Notes: generated by a model from the sequence alone, not told the origin. 63,337 nt of DNA, filler included, from Chiloscyllium plagiosum (GCF_004010195.1; 5 parts of one record of this genome joined end to end with filler, not necessarily neighbours in it), one strand, 5' to 3'; numbered from the whole stretch's first letter, positions 12,597-25,450 are shown. Numbers and translations are program-made.

Positions 12597-12943
12597 GTGG
12601 GCGGCACGGTGGCGTGGGCGGCACGGTGGCACAGTGGTTAGCACTGCTGCCTCGCAGCGCCAGAGACCCGGGTTCAATTCCCACCTCAGGCGACTGACTG
12701 TGTGGAGTTTGCACATTCTCCCCGTGTCTGCGTGGGTTTCCTCCGGGTGCTCCGGTTTCCTCCCACCGTCCAAAGATGTGCAGGTCAGGTGAATTGGCCA
12801 TGTTAAATTGTCCGTAGTGTTAGGTAAGGGGTAAATGTAGGGGTATGGGTGGGTTGCGCTTCGGCGGGTCGGTATGGACTTGTTGGGCCGAAGGGCCTGT
12901 TTCCACACTGTAAAGTAAAGTAAAGTAAAGTAAAGTAATCTAA
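12597..12943 (+). mobile_element. Young HE1 SINE
   Basis: GGCACGGTGGCACAGTGGTTAGCACTGCTGCC (A box) ... GGGTTCAATTCCC (B box); HER1-derived 3' end; (AAAGT)n tail; CpG-rich. Confidence 0.92.
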
Positions 12944-13344
12944 TATAACTGCCATGCTAAAACATGTTCTCTTCCCTTTACAAAGTCCAATTTAACTGTT
13001 TGAATGATTTGTTATTTCCTTCATAAATGTTTAGTATTTTTACAAAATGCAATTCCCTCCCTCGAAATAACAAGCGTTTCATTTACTTTGAAATTTCCAA
13101 TATAAATTCTTTGTACTCAGGATACAAATTCCAATATGCTCAATAAGGGTAACAATTAGCAGACTTATAGTGCAGCATTAAGCTAGTTGCTCTAATGAGC
13201 AAGACTTCTTCAGGCGCATCAGTCTCTATCTGATTATACTTTCAGTCACAATCACACATTTTTAATGTTTTAAAGAGCAAGTTTCTCAACATATTTGCTA
13301 TTTTGAATTGGAATGATTTTTGTATGAATAAATATAGGAGTTGA

Positions 13345-13495
13345 CAAAGACAACAGATTAAGAGACATTTGGATAACTACATGAACAGGAGAGCTTTGGA
13401 GAGATATGGGCCAAATGCATAGTCTGGGAACTTGTTGGAGTGGAATAGTTGGACTGAAGGCTCTGTTTCCATGCTGTCTGACTCTATGATTCTAA
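13345..13495 (+). mobile_element. HER1-like 3' fragment
   Basis: TCTGTTTCCATGCTGT...ACTCTATGATTCT. Confidence 0.7.
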
Positions 13496-13961
13496 GACTA
13501 CAGTTTCAGTGCATGCAACAGCATTCATTCTGACCATATGAAGGACACAGTGCTAAGAATACTGGTTCCAATAAATTAGAATCATTGAGAATTTGATTTG
13601 GTTTCTAAATTGGCTTCATAAAGTATACTTGGAAACACCTAGATGTTTCAAAACCACATAGTACTAAAAATCAAGTTGACAAGGCAGCTAATGAGTCCAG
13701 AGCGGGAGGGACTCTGACAATGGCTTCAAGGAGGTGGCTGGTGGAGGGGTGAGCACAGGACCTGGCATTGGCTGTTACATTGGCAGAGGCAACATCAGTG
13801 AGGTAGGCCCAGTGGTGAGAGACAGTGCCTGAGGATCGGCCACTTCGTCAATGTTTGGGTCAGGTGCTGATGGTGATGAAGCAGTGGCGGAAAGATCATG
13901 AACTCTCTTTAAGCTATATCTGTTTATTCTTAAACTATTCAAAATGGTGCTGGATCATGGT

Positions 13962-14109
13962 AGCCATGATGTGGAAGTGCTGGAGTTGGACCGAGGTGGA
14001 CAAAGTTAAAAATCACACACCAGGTTATAATCCAACAGGTTTATTTGGAAGTACAAGCTTTCAGAGCGCTGTTCCTTTGTCAGTAGCTAGTGGAGCGGGA
14101 TCATAGGAT
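13962..14109 (-). mobile_element. Short Penelope-like derivative with 11-bp TSD
   Basis: TSD TGGATCATGGT at 13951-13961 and 14110-14120; same family as 43436 and 57599. Confidence 0.65.
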
Positions 14110-14360
14110 TGGATCATGGTGACAGTGGAAGCTTTTCACTGTATTTTACCATATGTTTTCACTGTAAAATACATATGACAATAAAATTCATCAAAATCAT
14201 TCATACATCACTCATTTATTCATAATGTTTTTTGCTGTACTAGTTGAGACAAAGATCTTGGCCAGAATGGTGAAAAAATCTTTGTTTTTCCTTTTTTGGG
14301 TAAAAAGGTTTCTTTTGAATTTCCTTTTAAATTTTTAGCGACGATCTTAATAGCCTCTAG

Positions 14361-14717
14361 TTATATTCTTCTCTGCAGAAGGAAATATTCTCTCTCTCTC
14401 TCTCTCTTCACCTCATCAAAACCTTTCAGCTTGCTGAAAGCATCAGGTAGCATCTTGGCCACAACGGTGAGAAAATCCCTGTTTTCAATTTGCACCATAT
14501 CATTACACTTTATAGTTAGCATCTGCATGGTTATTGTGATTTTTGCATCTGGTTCCCTACATGGGATTGCACATGATGTAGGGTACAACCACTTCAGGTC
14601 AGTGTTTAAGCACCACATGTTTTTCACATCAAAGTATACCACAACAAGCAACTGTTCCCTTCTTTCTAAGTACTTCTTCCATTTCCCCTTAACTGCACCA
14701 ACACTATTCACTCTCAC
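14361..14717 (-). pseudogene. Highly decayed Gypsy-type RNase H fragment (tentative)
   Basis: ERREQLLVVVY...NTDLKWL...VVAKMLPDAFSKL resembles the ERE-L-AVV / TDHKPL / NVVADALSRL motifs. Confidence 0.35.
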
Positions 14718-16243
14718 TACTCTCTGTAATTGTGAGTTTTACAAGCACTGAAGCAGTGAAGAAGTTTCATCTGAATTCTTTCTTGGTGGTTATCCTGTGT
14801 TAAATGCCTTTAATGTACTTTCTCCATAAAAGTGCCTATGAAGTGTCTAAACATAATGGGCTGAATAATTTTATGGGGTTGGGGGGAATTGAGCAATGAT
14901 TCAGGAATCATTTACTGAATGATCTTAACACAACTGGATAGTCCACGCCAGTGACAGAGATGGTCTTCGTGAGCAGCAATGTGAATAAGAATCTGAGAGA
15001 GTTTACTTCACCAGTCAAACAAACACCATGGACAAATGAAGATATCCAACCTAATGAACAAATTGAAGGAGATAAGCTGCATACCATCTCATGGGAGCCA
15101 GTCTAATTCCACCAATCCAAGTTTAAGCTCAAGGGAAAGAAACTGTCTAATCCAAGCATCCAGGATACTTCAAAAGAGAAGCTTCCTCCAATTGGAAGGT
15201 TATTGCTTGGTTCAGAAATTTAGAATACTACAGGGAAGAAAGTACTCATTTTTAACAGAGCAGCTGTCTTCCATGATAGATATTCATGAGATTAAAGCTT
15301 TCCCACATGCTATAATGAGGCAACTACCTGAGTTAACAAAGAGTTCCTTTGTGAAAGAAAGTTAGTAGATAAGGCAATGGACCAACAACAAGGAAAAAAT
15401 AGTGCTATTTCTGAAGGATGTCCAGGAGATAAATGATTCTTCAGGGGAGAAGTGATTTCTATGAGTTATTTCTATGGTTATATAATGTGTTAGCTATGAG
15501 TAAAGACTTGAGGGGAGATGTTATGTAAGTTGATAGTCTTGAAGAGTTAATTTTCATGTTACATTGGCTTCACCCATTCTACTGATATTACACATGGCTG
15601 TATTTCTCCCTAAGATCCTAGTTATTATGCCTGATGAAATGAAGTTGTACTTATTGTTAACATGCAATAAACCTATTTGTTATTCAAGAATGGCACCTCT
15701 TCTGTCGATACTCCATAATGGCATATCCCTTCTCACTAATCGTTAGATAGACTAAAGAGAAGGCAAAGCAAAAAGAGGATTGGTGGCAGAAAGCCACCTC
15801 AAATAATCCTAACCTTGTATCATATACTGATGGAAATGGCAAATAGCACAATGTACTAGGAGTGATTATCTGGAAAACCATAGTACCCTATGGAACATGA
15901 CACCCCTCCAACTTTTGAGCTTCTGGCCTGTCATTAAATTGGTTGTCCTTCACCTGTGAAACGCTTTCTGTGTTTGTTCAATTCCTTATAGCATGAGTGC
16001 ACTTCCCCTTTCAGAGGGATAGACTGTCTTTCGGAGAGGAAAGTTAGCTATGATCCATGTTAGAGAAAAACACATTTGGAATCCCTACTGAGAGTGTAAT
16101 TAGTCAGCAGAATAATTAACATTGGTGCTGTATGTTACAGTAATGTAGATGAGCAGGCAATTCAAAATTTGCATGCTGGCAGTTCAGAAAATAGACACAG
16201 AATAATTGCTCATCATAACTTTTGCATCCAATGTTGGGTTTAC

Positions 16244-16352
16244 TTAAAGTTTTCCCATTCTGTATTTGAACCAGGTTGTATATAATTCCAAAATCCCATG
16301 AACAAAAATGGATGCATTCTCATCATTAGACCATCAAAGATTACTTCTACAT
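16244..16352 (-). CDS. Candidate exon of unidentified gene (xVEVIFDGLMMRMHPFLFMGFWNYIQPGSNTEWENFx)
   Basis: Strong acceptor ttttcactgtcactttttgcag; open frame; AA|gtaaac donor. Confidence 0.45.
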
Positions 16353-16819
16353 CTGCAAAAAGTGACAGTGAAAATAAATAGCATACTTTACTATTGGAAC
16401 TAATGATCTTTTGGTATTTGTTGGGCACAGCCTGTATTTGCCCAGCATGACACATTCCAGATTGCTGAACAACCTTGCAGCCACACTGCTTAGACAAAAT
16501 GTTCAGTGGTACATGAGGCTGTCTTTCCGTTTGACTATCAATAGAAATGGTAAGATACTCAGCACTAGCTGCTCAATCAGTGTCTCAGTGGGTTCAATTT
16601 TCACTTCTTAAGATTCAAGCCCAATGCTGATGAAATAGCTCCCATGAGCTTTAGTCCTTCAATATTAAGTGTTTTACTTTTTTTTAATTGAAGTATTTTA
16701 AAAGGAGACATTCTTTCTCAGGAAAATAGCAGGTTTGGGGGAAAAGGTTAACATGAATGAGGATCTGGTCATATATATAGCTTGTTGTGGTTCTGTTCGC
16801 TGAGCTGGAAACTTTTATT

Positions 16820-16859
16820 GCAAACGTTTCGTCCCCTGTCTAGGTGACATCCTCAGTGC
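16820..16859 (-). ncRNA. Minimal type I hammerhead ribozyme motif (intact)
   Basis: GCA-CUGAGGA-U-GUCaCCU agac AGGgGAC-GAA-ACGU-U-UGC. Confidence 0.75.
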
Positions 16860-17659
16860 TTGGAAGCCTCCTGTGAAGCGCTTCTGTGGTGTTTCCTCCG
16901 GCATTTATAGTGGCCTGTCCCTGCCGCTTCCGATTGTCAGTTTCAGCTGTCCGCTGTAGTGGCCGGTATATTGGGTCCAGGTCGATGTGTTTGTTGATGG
17001 AGTTTGTGGATGAGTGCCATGCTTCTAGGAATTCCCTGGCTGTTCTCTGTTTGGCTTGCCCTATAATGGTAGTGTTGTCCAAGTCGAATTCATGTTGCTT
17101 GTCGTCTGCGTGTGTGGCTACTAAGGATAGCTGGTCGTGGCATTTCGTGGCTAGTTGATGCTCATGGATGCAGATCGTTAGCTGTCTTCCTGTTTGTCCT
17201 ATATAGTGTTTTGTGCAGTCCTTGCATGGGATATTTTGTACACTACATTAGTTTTGCTCATGAGCAAAACTAATGTAGTGTACAAAATCCCATGCAAGGA
17301 CTGCATAAAACACTATATAGGACAAACAGGAAGACAGCTAACGATCCGCATTCATGAACATCAACTAGCCACGAAACGCCACGACCAGCTATCCTTAGTA
17401 GCCACACACGCAGACGACAAGCAACATGAATTCGACTGGGACAACACTACGATTATAGGGCAAGCCAAATAAAGAACAGCCAGGGAATTCCTAGAAGCAT
17501 GGCACTCATCCACAAACTCCATCAACAAACACATCGACCTGGACCCAATATACCGGCCACTACAGCGGACAGCTGAAACTGACAACCGGAAGCGGCAGGG
17601 ACACACCACTATAAATGCCGATGGAAACACCAGAGAAGCGCTTCACAGTAGGCTCCCAA

Positions 17660-17699
17660 ACACTGAGGATGTCACCTAGACAGGGGACGAAACGTTTGC
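17660..17699 (+). ncRNA. Hammerhead motif, mirror copy
   Basis: Same core as 16820-16859, with one stem I mismatch. Confidence 0.7.
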
Positions 17700-17989
17700 A
17701 ACAAAAATTTCCAGCTCGGCGAACAGAACCACAACAACAAGCACCCGAGCTACAAATCTTCACCCAAACTTTGAATATATATAGCTTCAATAACAGCAAC
17801 TGAAAGAAACCTTTTGTTTTAAAATCTCACTCTTCTAATTGTGGTTGAATGCTCAAAATGATGTGATAGCACTGAGGACTTTACAAAACTGAACCTCCAG
17901 GCCGTAAACAACTGTGAATATTCCATAAATGTCTTTTCTTCCCACATATGCCTGAAATACTCCATGGTGCAGTGATTTACAAAGTGCAG

Positions 17990-18135
17990 CAGAGAAGGAG
18001 CTGAATGTGCATGAAACATTAGAAGTTAGTATGCAGGTGCAGCTTGTAATTAAGAAGGCAAATGAAATGTTGACCTTTATCACTAGGACTCTGGAATTTA
18101 AAGATAGGGAAGTGTTGCTACAACTGTATGTGATG
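17990..18135 (+). mobile_element. Old CR1 fragment, target of the L1 insertion
   Basis: GTGCATGA...AAGAAGGCAAAT...TTGCTACAACTGTAT. Confidence 0.6.
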
Positions 18136-19443
18136 TTTTTTTTATAGATATGTTTATTAGAAATTTAACATTTTTACAAGTTTACAAAAATAAACAAAAC
18201 TCTCAAGTACAAATATTGATATACGATTAAATCTTAAATATATAATAACCAAAATTTAACAAAAGAAAAATGCCGAGAAAAAAAAACTCAACTAACTACT
18301 AATCTAACCTACAACTAACCAGAGTGTATATTTAAGTCTCTTACATTATTCAAATAAGAGAAAGAGAGAAAAAACAAAACAGTGGATAACATAGAAATTG
18401 GGTCGTGAGATACATGCTCGGAATGTGTTAACATCAAATGTAACAAAACCCGTATTCGTGAGGGATTCCTCTCCCACGGGTCCCCAGACCAGCCAGGTTT
18501 GTAATCTCAATTAAATAAAAGCCCTTGTTAGGATAGCCGAAATATCTGTATTTATTTAATTCAAGAAGGGCTGCCATATTTTATAAAATAATTCGGTCTT
18601 TCGGTGCACCATATTTGTAAGGAAGTCAAGGGGAATACAGTCCATAATTAATCTGTGCCAATTTGAAAGTCCAGAAGGGCCCTCAGCCACCCAGTTTACC
18701 AAAATATTTTTCCTTGCACAGAAAGAGAGAATAGAAAATAGTCTCTTCCCATGCATGAACAAGGAGGATAAGTTCGAAAAGTCCAAAAGGAGAGATACGG
18801 GGTCCACTTTAATTTCCGTTCCTAAAATTTCTGTCAGGGCTCTTGCTACTTTAGTCCAGTATCTACGGATCTTATGACAGGTCCATAGACAATGTTGAAG
18901 AGTGCCCACCTCTATTTTACATTTGGGACACATTGGGGATGCCCCTGCCTTAAATTTTGCCAATCGATCCGGTGCTATATGGGCCCTATGAAGTATCTTC
19001 AGCTGGATAGCCTGAGTTCTGTTACAGATAGTGATTCTTCTGGCGTTTTCCCAAATGTCATTCCACGTTTCTATAGAGATTTCTAGTCCCAATTCCTGAT
19101 CCCATGTTTTAAGCAGATTGTCCATATCTCCCGATACTTCATCATGTAGTAAATGATAAATAGTACTGACGGAAGATACCCCCATTGGTCGTAGGACACT
19201 ACATTCTCTATCAGATTTATAAAGACTATCTAATAAGGTAGTCTTCTTCTGTATATAATCTCGAATTTGGAAGTATCGAAAGAGGTCTCCATTAGGTAAT
19301 CCGAATTTCTGACTCAGCTGTTCAAAAGACATCAGGACCCCATCTTCAAATAGGTCCCCTAGACATGAGATACCCCTGGATTTCCAGAGTTTAAAAGTGG
19401 CATCTGTAAACCCCGGTTGGAATCCCCATGCTCCCACTATCGG
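18136..19443 (-). mobile_element. L1-clade LINE 3' part (ORF2 C-terminus, 3' UTR, polyA)
   Basis: Uninterrupted 293-aa ORF 18556-19437 with FRYFQIRDY, QLKILHR and a CPKC..HCLWTC zinc knuckle; AATAAA (18153-18158) followed by an A8 tail; truncated by the gap. Confidence 0.88.
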
Positions 19444-19543
19444 NNNNNNNNNNNNNNNNNNNNNNNNNNNNNNNNNNNNNNNNNNNNTTAATTAATTAAN
19501 NNNNNNNNNNNNNNNNNNNNNNNNNNNNNNNNNNNNNNNNNNN
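19444..19543. other. Assembly gap with six-frame-stop linker
   Basis: N44-TTAATTAATTAA-N44. Confidence 0.97.
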
Positions 19544-19969
19544 GTTGCCAGGGTTGGAGGATTTGAGCTATAGGGAGAGGTTGAACAGGCTGGGGCTGTT
19601 TTCCCTGGAGCATCGGAGGCTGAGGGGTGACCTGTTTTGCCCCAAAATTATGAGGAGCATTGATAGGATAAATAGACAAAGTCTTTTCCCTGGGGTCGGG
19701 GAGTCCAGAGCTCGAGGGCATTGGTTTAAGGTGAGAGGGGAAAGATATAAAAGAGACCTACGGGGCAAATTTTTAATACAGAGGATGGTATGTGTATGGA
19801 ATGAGCTGCCAGAGGAAGTGGTGAAGGCTGGTACAATTGCAACATTTAAGAGTATGGGCTGGGTGCTGGCAGGTGGGACTAGATTGGGTTGAAATATCTG
19901 GTCAGCATGGACGGGTTTGTCCAAAGGGTCTGTTTCCATGCTGGACATCTCTATGACTCTATGACTCTA
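19544..19969 (+). mobile_element. HER1-like LINE 3' end
   Basis: LPGLEDLSYRERLNRLGLFSLE; (ACTCTATG)n tail. Confidence 0.9.
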
Positions 19970-20029
19970 CATTTAAATAAAGGTTTACTTAACTGGTTCC
20001 TCGGACATATGGGCAGAGACTGGATCAGT

Positions 20030-20360
20030 TATGATTGTATTCTCTGGAATTTAAAAAAATGAGGCGAATCCCATAAAAACCGATAAAACTCTAACAGGCC
20101 TAAACAGGGTAAGAGAAGAAAGGATGTTCCAGAACCCAGGGTCACAGTCTAAGGATACATGCTTGGACATTTAGGACTGAGATGAAGAGAAATTTCTTCA
20201 TTTAGACAGTGGTGAACCTGTGGAATTCCCTGCCACAGAAAGCTGTAGAGGCCAAAACATTGAATGTTTTCAAGATATAGCTCTTACAGCCAAAGGATCA
20301 AAATGTATAGGGATTAAGTAGGGAAAGGGGAATAAGTTGCAAGAACAGCCATGATCATAC
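20030..20360 (+). mobile_element. Old CR1 3' region, resuming at ~21374-21430 after the Rex1 insertion
   Basis: AAATTTCTTCA...TGGAATTC; CAGCCATGATCAT|ATTGAATGGCAGAGCAGG is split by the insertion. Confidence 0.6.
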
Positions 20361-21373
20361 TGCCCCATTCTCTGCAACTGGATCCTCAGTTTCCTGACCC
20401 ACAGGCCACAATCAGTGAAGATTGGGGACAATATGTCATCCTCACTAACACTCAACACTGGAGCCCCCCAGGGGTGTGTACTCAGTCCCCTACTGTACTC
20501 ACTGTATACCCATGACTGCGTCGCCAAACACCAGACATTTACAAGGTAACTGATGACACCACCATAGTCGGTCGAATCTCAGATGGCGACGAAACAGACT
20601 ACAGACAGGAGATGGAAAACCTGGAAAAATGGTGCACTGAGAACAACCTAGCTCTCAATGCCAGTAAAACTAAGGAACTTATTATTGACTTTCATGCACT
20701 CCCCTACACATTAACAGCACAGAGGTGGAATGAGTGGAAACTGTCAACCTCCTAGGAGTGGTCATCAACAGCAAGCTTTCTTGGACTCTTCATGTGGTTG
20801 CACTGGACAGAAAGGCACAAAAACGTCTCTTCTTCCTCAGGCAGCTGAGGAAATTTGTCGTGACAGCAAATACCCTTGCCAACTTGGTGTGTCATACAGA
20901 GCATTCTGTCTGGATGTATCACTACCTGGTATATGGCAACTGTACTATTCAAGATCGGAGACGGTTACAGAGAATGGTGAACTCCGCCCGGACAATCACA
21001 AAAGCCATCTTCCCATCTGTAAAATCCATCTACTAGGCCCGCTGTCAAGGATGGGGCCGCCAGCATTCTCAAAGATCCATCCCACCCTGGCAGTGTTTTT
21101 CTACAACCTCTACCATCAGGGAGAAGGTACAGAAGCCTGAACATACGAACCAGCCGGTTTCGTTACAATTTCTACCTTACTGTTGTTAGAATACTGAATG
21201 GACCAACAAACTCTTAATATTCGCCTGTACCTGTGTTTTTGTTTTTGCCACTGTTTACCTATTATTTACTTATCTATGCTACTTAACTCTGATCTGCCTG
21301 TATTACTCACAAGACAAAGCTTTTCACTGTGCCTCGGTACACATGACAATAAATTCAATTCAATTCAATTCAA
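20361..21373 (+). mobile_element. Rex-Babar (Rex1-like) LINE, 5'-truncated and decayed
   Basis: [18 protein letters not shown]...[43 protein letters not shown] followed by (ATTCA)n tail. Confidence 0.85.
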
Positions 21374-23628
21374 TATTGAATGGCAGAGCAGGCTCGAGGT
21401 ACAAATGGCATACTTCAGCTTCTATTTTCAGTGTTTCAATGTAAAAGGGGGAGGCAAAGTACATACTGCTAACCATCTATTGTAATAAAGGCAGGGCTGA
21501 CAAAATGTCTGGCTAGAATAAATTTCCAGTTTTGGGGTTTCAATTTCACAATTCAAGCTAACCAAATTTACATAAAATAGAACCCCTTCACTCTGCTGAA
21601 ATATCATTCTAAAAGAGTTAGGAGTTAACTGACTTGTGAATATACAGTATATCCCCATGTCCGCATTCGCAGTCTCACTGCAGTCATGTGTCAAGAAACA
21701 CAGTCTATCAGCCACATGGAGAACAGACTTAAACACACTCAATGAAGCTCCACCACTGAGAGTCTACATTGTGATTGTCTCTAACTTACAGGAACCAGGA
21801 AACACAACACCTTCAGTGAGAGGTGAACCATCAAAAGCAAGATTCTTCTAGATCTTTGCATCATCAGCTATCTTGAAGAAGTGATGTTTTTCCACACTGC
21901 CATACATTCTCACTTAGTTTTTCAAAGGGCAAAATATCAAAAATAATTTATTTTTTCCTCCTGAACATTAGCTTCAACAACAAGCTGCAATTAAGTAGTA
22001 CCTCTAATAAAGAAACTTGTCAAAGAACTTCACAAATGTGAGAATGCCAACATTCACAATCAAAGTAGGAGCGATCAGGACTAAGATCCAAACATTCATC
22101 AAACAGGCAAATTTTACTGAAGCATACTTAAGGACAGTCAGGACTGGGTTGAAAAAATATCTCAAAGTTAGAAGATCTGTAGGGAAAATAGAGAAAACAA
22201 TATTGGAAGGGCCAACAGTGATCAGATATATTTCAGAAGAGGATAATAAGGTGTACTCAAGTAATAGAAATGTTATGGGCAGAACTAAGAAATGTAGAAG
22301 GATTTGTAAAGTAGTTTACAAAGTAGTTTATATTTCCCAGCTAAGCAATGCTGAATTATACAAATGCAGAGATACAAAGAACTGATGCAAAAGTGAATGG
22401 GTTTGAATGGTGATTTTAACTTAGAAATAGATTGGGACAATCAGATTAGCATATGTCAGAAAGCAACAAAGTTCCTGAGACTGTCCAGATAGATTTCTGC
22501 CCCCACATTTCCTAGGACCAATGAGGAAACACCCCAAATTAGATTTTGTAATGAATAATGAGCCAAATTTTGTTAACAATGCAACAAGGTATCAAATTGC
22601 TGTGTTATGTCTCATGGTCAGCATGTCGGTATATTCTTCGGAGACCTGCGTGTAACATCATCACTACATCATAATAGGTGACCTTAGAGAATAAAGATCT
22701 AACATCCATTTTACCTCGAATCACCTGAAACATGACACTCTATGGAAACATGCTCTTCTGTCATAAACTAATAGCACTTTTTTATGCCCACAGCCACATG
22801 TTTGTGCAGAATGGTAAGTTTTAATAAAGGTCAGTTGGATTCTACAGTGCCACAATATCCATACCAAATTTACGTTGTTATGAGAGACAACATAAGCATT
22901 GCATGAGCAGGTAAAATATGCTGTTGGAGGCAAACTCACATCACACATTATCATTGCAATATAACTGAAGAAGAAATAGCTAATAAGTTTTTAGATTTAT
23001 GTAAGATTAGGAAGTAAATACATCAAACATGTCTCTCTCATGGGATGGAGACTATCTTCAGTAAGGTGTTCTGAAACTAATTTAACTGGGTACAGTCGAT
23101 TTTGTACCTATAAAGCGAGCAGCTTGCCCAAAACAAAACATGGAGAACCAAAGAGTTAAGAAACAATATAAACCTAAAAGGACAATTGATGAAAATAATT
23201 AAAAATTACATGTACAGGCAAATCGAAATGATACAACGAAAAACAATGGAGCTCCATCCCACTCTTTTTTATATTATCATTAAGATTGTTTTGCTTGTAT
23301 ATCACATTTTCTTTTCATACTAACTTTTTGTAGCTGTTACTATGTTTTGCACTATCAATCATCCAGCAGTATGTCCAAAAAAGAAGAAAATGGTGGAGAT
23401 GTGGATTGTACTTTGAATCAACATACCATATGTCCCAACAAAACAAGCATTGAATCAAGGACATATTCATTTCAAGGATGTGAAGTATCATAGCTACTTT
23501 CAGTCACTACGCACAAGTAAAACACAGTTGCAGTACAAAGAATTCTTAAAAATGATACATATTTTCTACATTTTAAATCATTAAGTACAAAAAAAACTTT
23601 ATTGCTCTTAGAAGTTTTTAATTCACAA

Positions 23629-24389
23629 AAGAAATAAAATGCTTTTAGGGATGTATTTTGTGTAAAAGCAGAATAAAATAGCCAAAAACAAGTTCATAGA
23701 TTGGAAAACCACAATTGCAAGTCAAAGATAGCATTGGACCATTAGCCACACATAGAGTCATTAACTTCCACAGCAGTATTTAACTTACACAACAGTCTGC
23801 CAACTGTCACAATAAGCATCTGTGAAGCAGGCAATTTGTAAGGACAGAAATACTTCACTTCCAGAATTAACTTTAAATTGTATAAAATACACATAAAAGC
23901 TCCCTGTAGCATCAGACAAGGGTCACCTATGCAGCATTTTTGGGTTAAATTGTGACATAATAAAATTTATGGCTTTTGTTACATGAAAACAATCAGTGAT
24001 TTTTTTTTAAACAAGAAATAAACTGCTATTAGGGGTGTATTTTGTGTAAAAGCAAAATAAAAGAGCCAAAAATAAGTTCACAAATTGTGATACCACAAGT
24101 GCAAGTCAACATTAGCAATGGACTGTCAACCACATGTACAGTCATTAACTTCCACAGCAGTGTTTAACGTACACAATCGTCTGCCAACTGTTACAATTAG
24201 TCTGTGTGAAGTAGGCAATTTTTAAAGATAGTAATACTTCAACAATTAACTTCAAGTTGTATAACATACACAAAAAGCTCCCTGTAGCATCAGACAAGGT
24301 TCACCTATACAACATATCTGGATTAGATTGTGACATATTAAAATTCATTGCTTTTATTATGTGAAGTGAACCAATGAATTTTTTTTAAC
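23629..24389. repeat. Old tandem duplication of two ~380-bp units (23629-24012, 24013-24389)
   Basis: Colinear blocks such as GTCATTAACTTCCACAGCAG and AAAGCTCCCTGTAGCATCAGACAAGG occur in both units. Confidence 0.9.
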
Positions 24390-24451
24390 AAATATTTTCA
24401 TCAAGAAAGGAAAAACCAGAAGAAGTTTTGATTGGCTTCTTTCTTTTATAC

Positions 24452-24511
24452 CTGACACATCCAAAGGAATAATGTCTGATTTCTCAGCATGGAGTAGTTT
24501 GTGGCATCTTT
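24452..24511 (-). CDS. Candidate 60-bp symmetric exon (xRCHKLLHAEKSDIIPLDVS)
   Basis: ttttctttaaag acceptor, CAG|gtataa donor, phase 1-1 open frame. Confidence 0.4.
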
Positions 24512-25344
24512 CTTTAAAGAAAAGCTAATTTGTAAGTTAAGAAATGCAACATTGTGAAGAAACTCAATTCACAGAAAACACCCTCCTCTCCGTTGGAATG
24601 CGCTAAAAGTAAGAACTGAAAATTATGAATGCAAAATGGGTGACAAATCATTTATTTACCAGGCAATAAAAAGTCAAAATTACCCTTTCTTTGATAAAGA
24701 TAAAAAGACAGCTGCCATTTTAGCTTCAACGCTAAATATTACTATCAAATAATGTAAAGTAAACGCTGGATAAAATTACACGAAAAGCTATCAGTTTACT
24801 TTTTAAAGCAGAGTCTGAGTGAGCAAATCTCAGACAAGTTCTGCACAAAGAAACCAATTACAGAACAATGCCATATGTAGAAGTTACCAGAATATGCCTA
24901 TGTCAATATGTCGATGGAATTGTCCCATTACCAATACAGAAGCAGGCGAAGCAATTCTGTGCAATGTGTAATCCAAATACCACACTGGTGTGCACTTTGA
25001 GATGTTTGCATTCACAATGCAAGCATAAGCTATCCAGTTCTTTCAATGTTAAGCTCCAGACATTTTCTTCAATGATTTCAACAGAATTACATTAAGAATT
25101 CCAAAAATCACAGACTGATCAGTTTATGTATTGCAGCTATGGGAGCCCCATAAGGCGACGTTTGTGCAGCTGACCAAAATGAGATCGAAACGATGGACTT
25201 TAAGACACATCTTAAAGGATGAAGGATTGAACCTAGGCAACAAGGTACAATTTCAGGATTTCAACTCTAATCAGCATGGTCAATGGAAGGACAAAGAAAA
25301 TTGAGGTCGAGGAGTTGGCTACTGGGAGACGCAAACAATACACC

Positions 25345-25450
25345 AGATTTAGAGTCAAAAAGTGTGGTGCTGGAAAAGCACAGCCAGTAAGGCGGCATCC
25401 AAGGAACAGAAGAATTGACATTTCAGGCATTAGCCTTTCATCAGAAAGGA
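25345..25450 (-). mobile_element. Short Penelope-like terminus with hammerhead core
   Basis: CUGAUGA-A-AGGC uaau GCCU-GAAAUGUC on the minus strand (25412-25447). Confidence 0.6.

Larger units (their letters stand above)
16784..17774. mobile_element. Penelope-like element fragment (GIY-YIG endonuclease and 3' end) as a spacer-less inverted duplication
   Basis: NVVYKIPCKDCIKHYIGQTGRQLTIRIHEH motif; ~478-bp arms centred at 17260/17261; 13-bp TSD ATATATATAGCTT (16771-16783, 17775-17787). Confidence 0.92.

Noticed and set aside
12614..12685. tRNA gene
   Set aside because: The tRNA-like A/B boxes are the head of an HE1 SINE and continue into SINE core and LINE-derived tail.
15036..15365. 109-aa plus-strand ORF
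   Set aside because: No recognisable motif or convincing splice sites; possibly ancient decayed TE.
19488..19499. Conserved palindromic TTAATTAATTAA motif repeated four times
   Set aside because: Artificial linker embedded in N runs.
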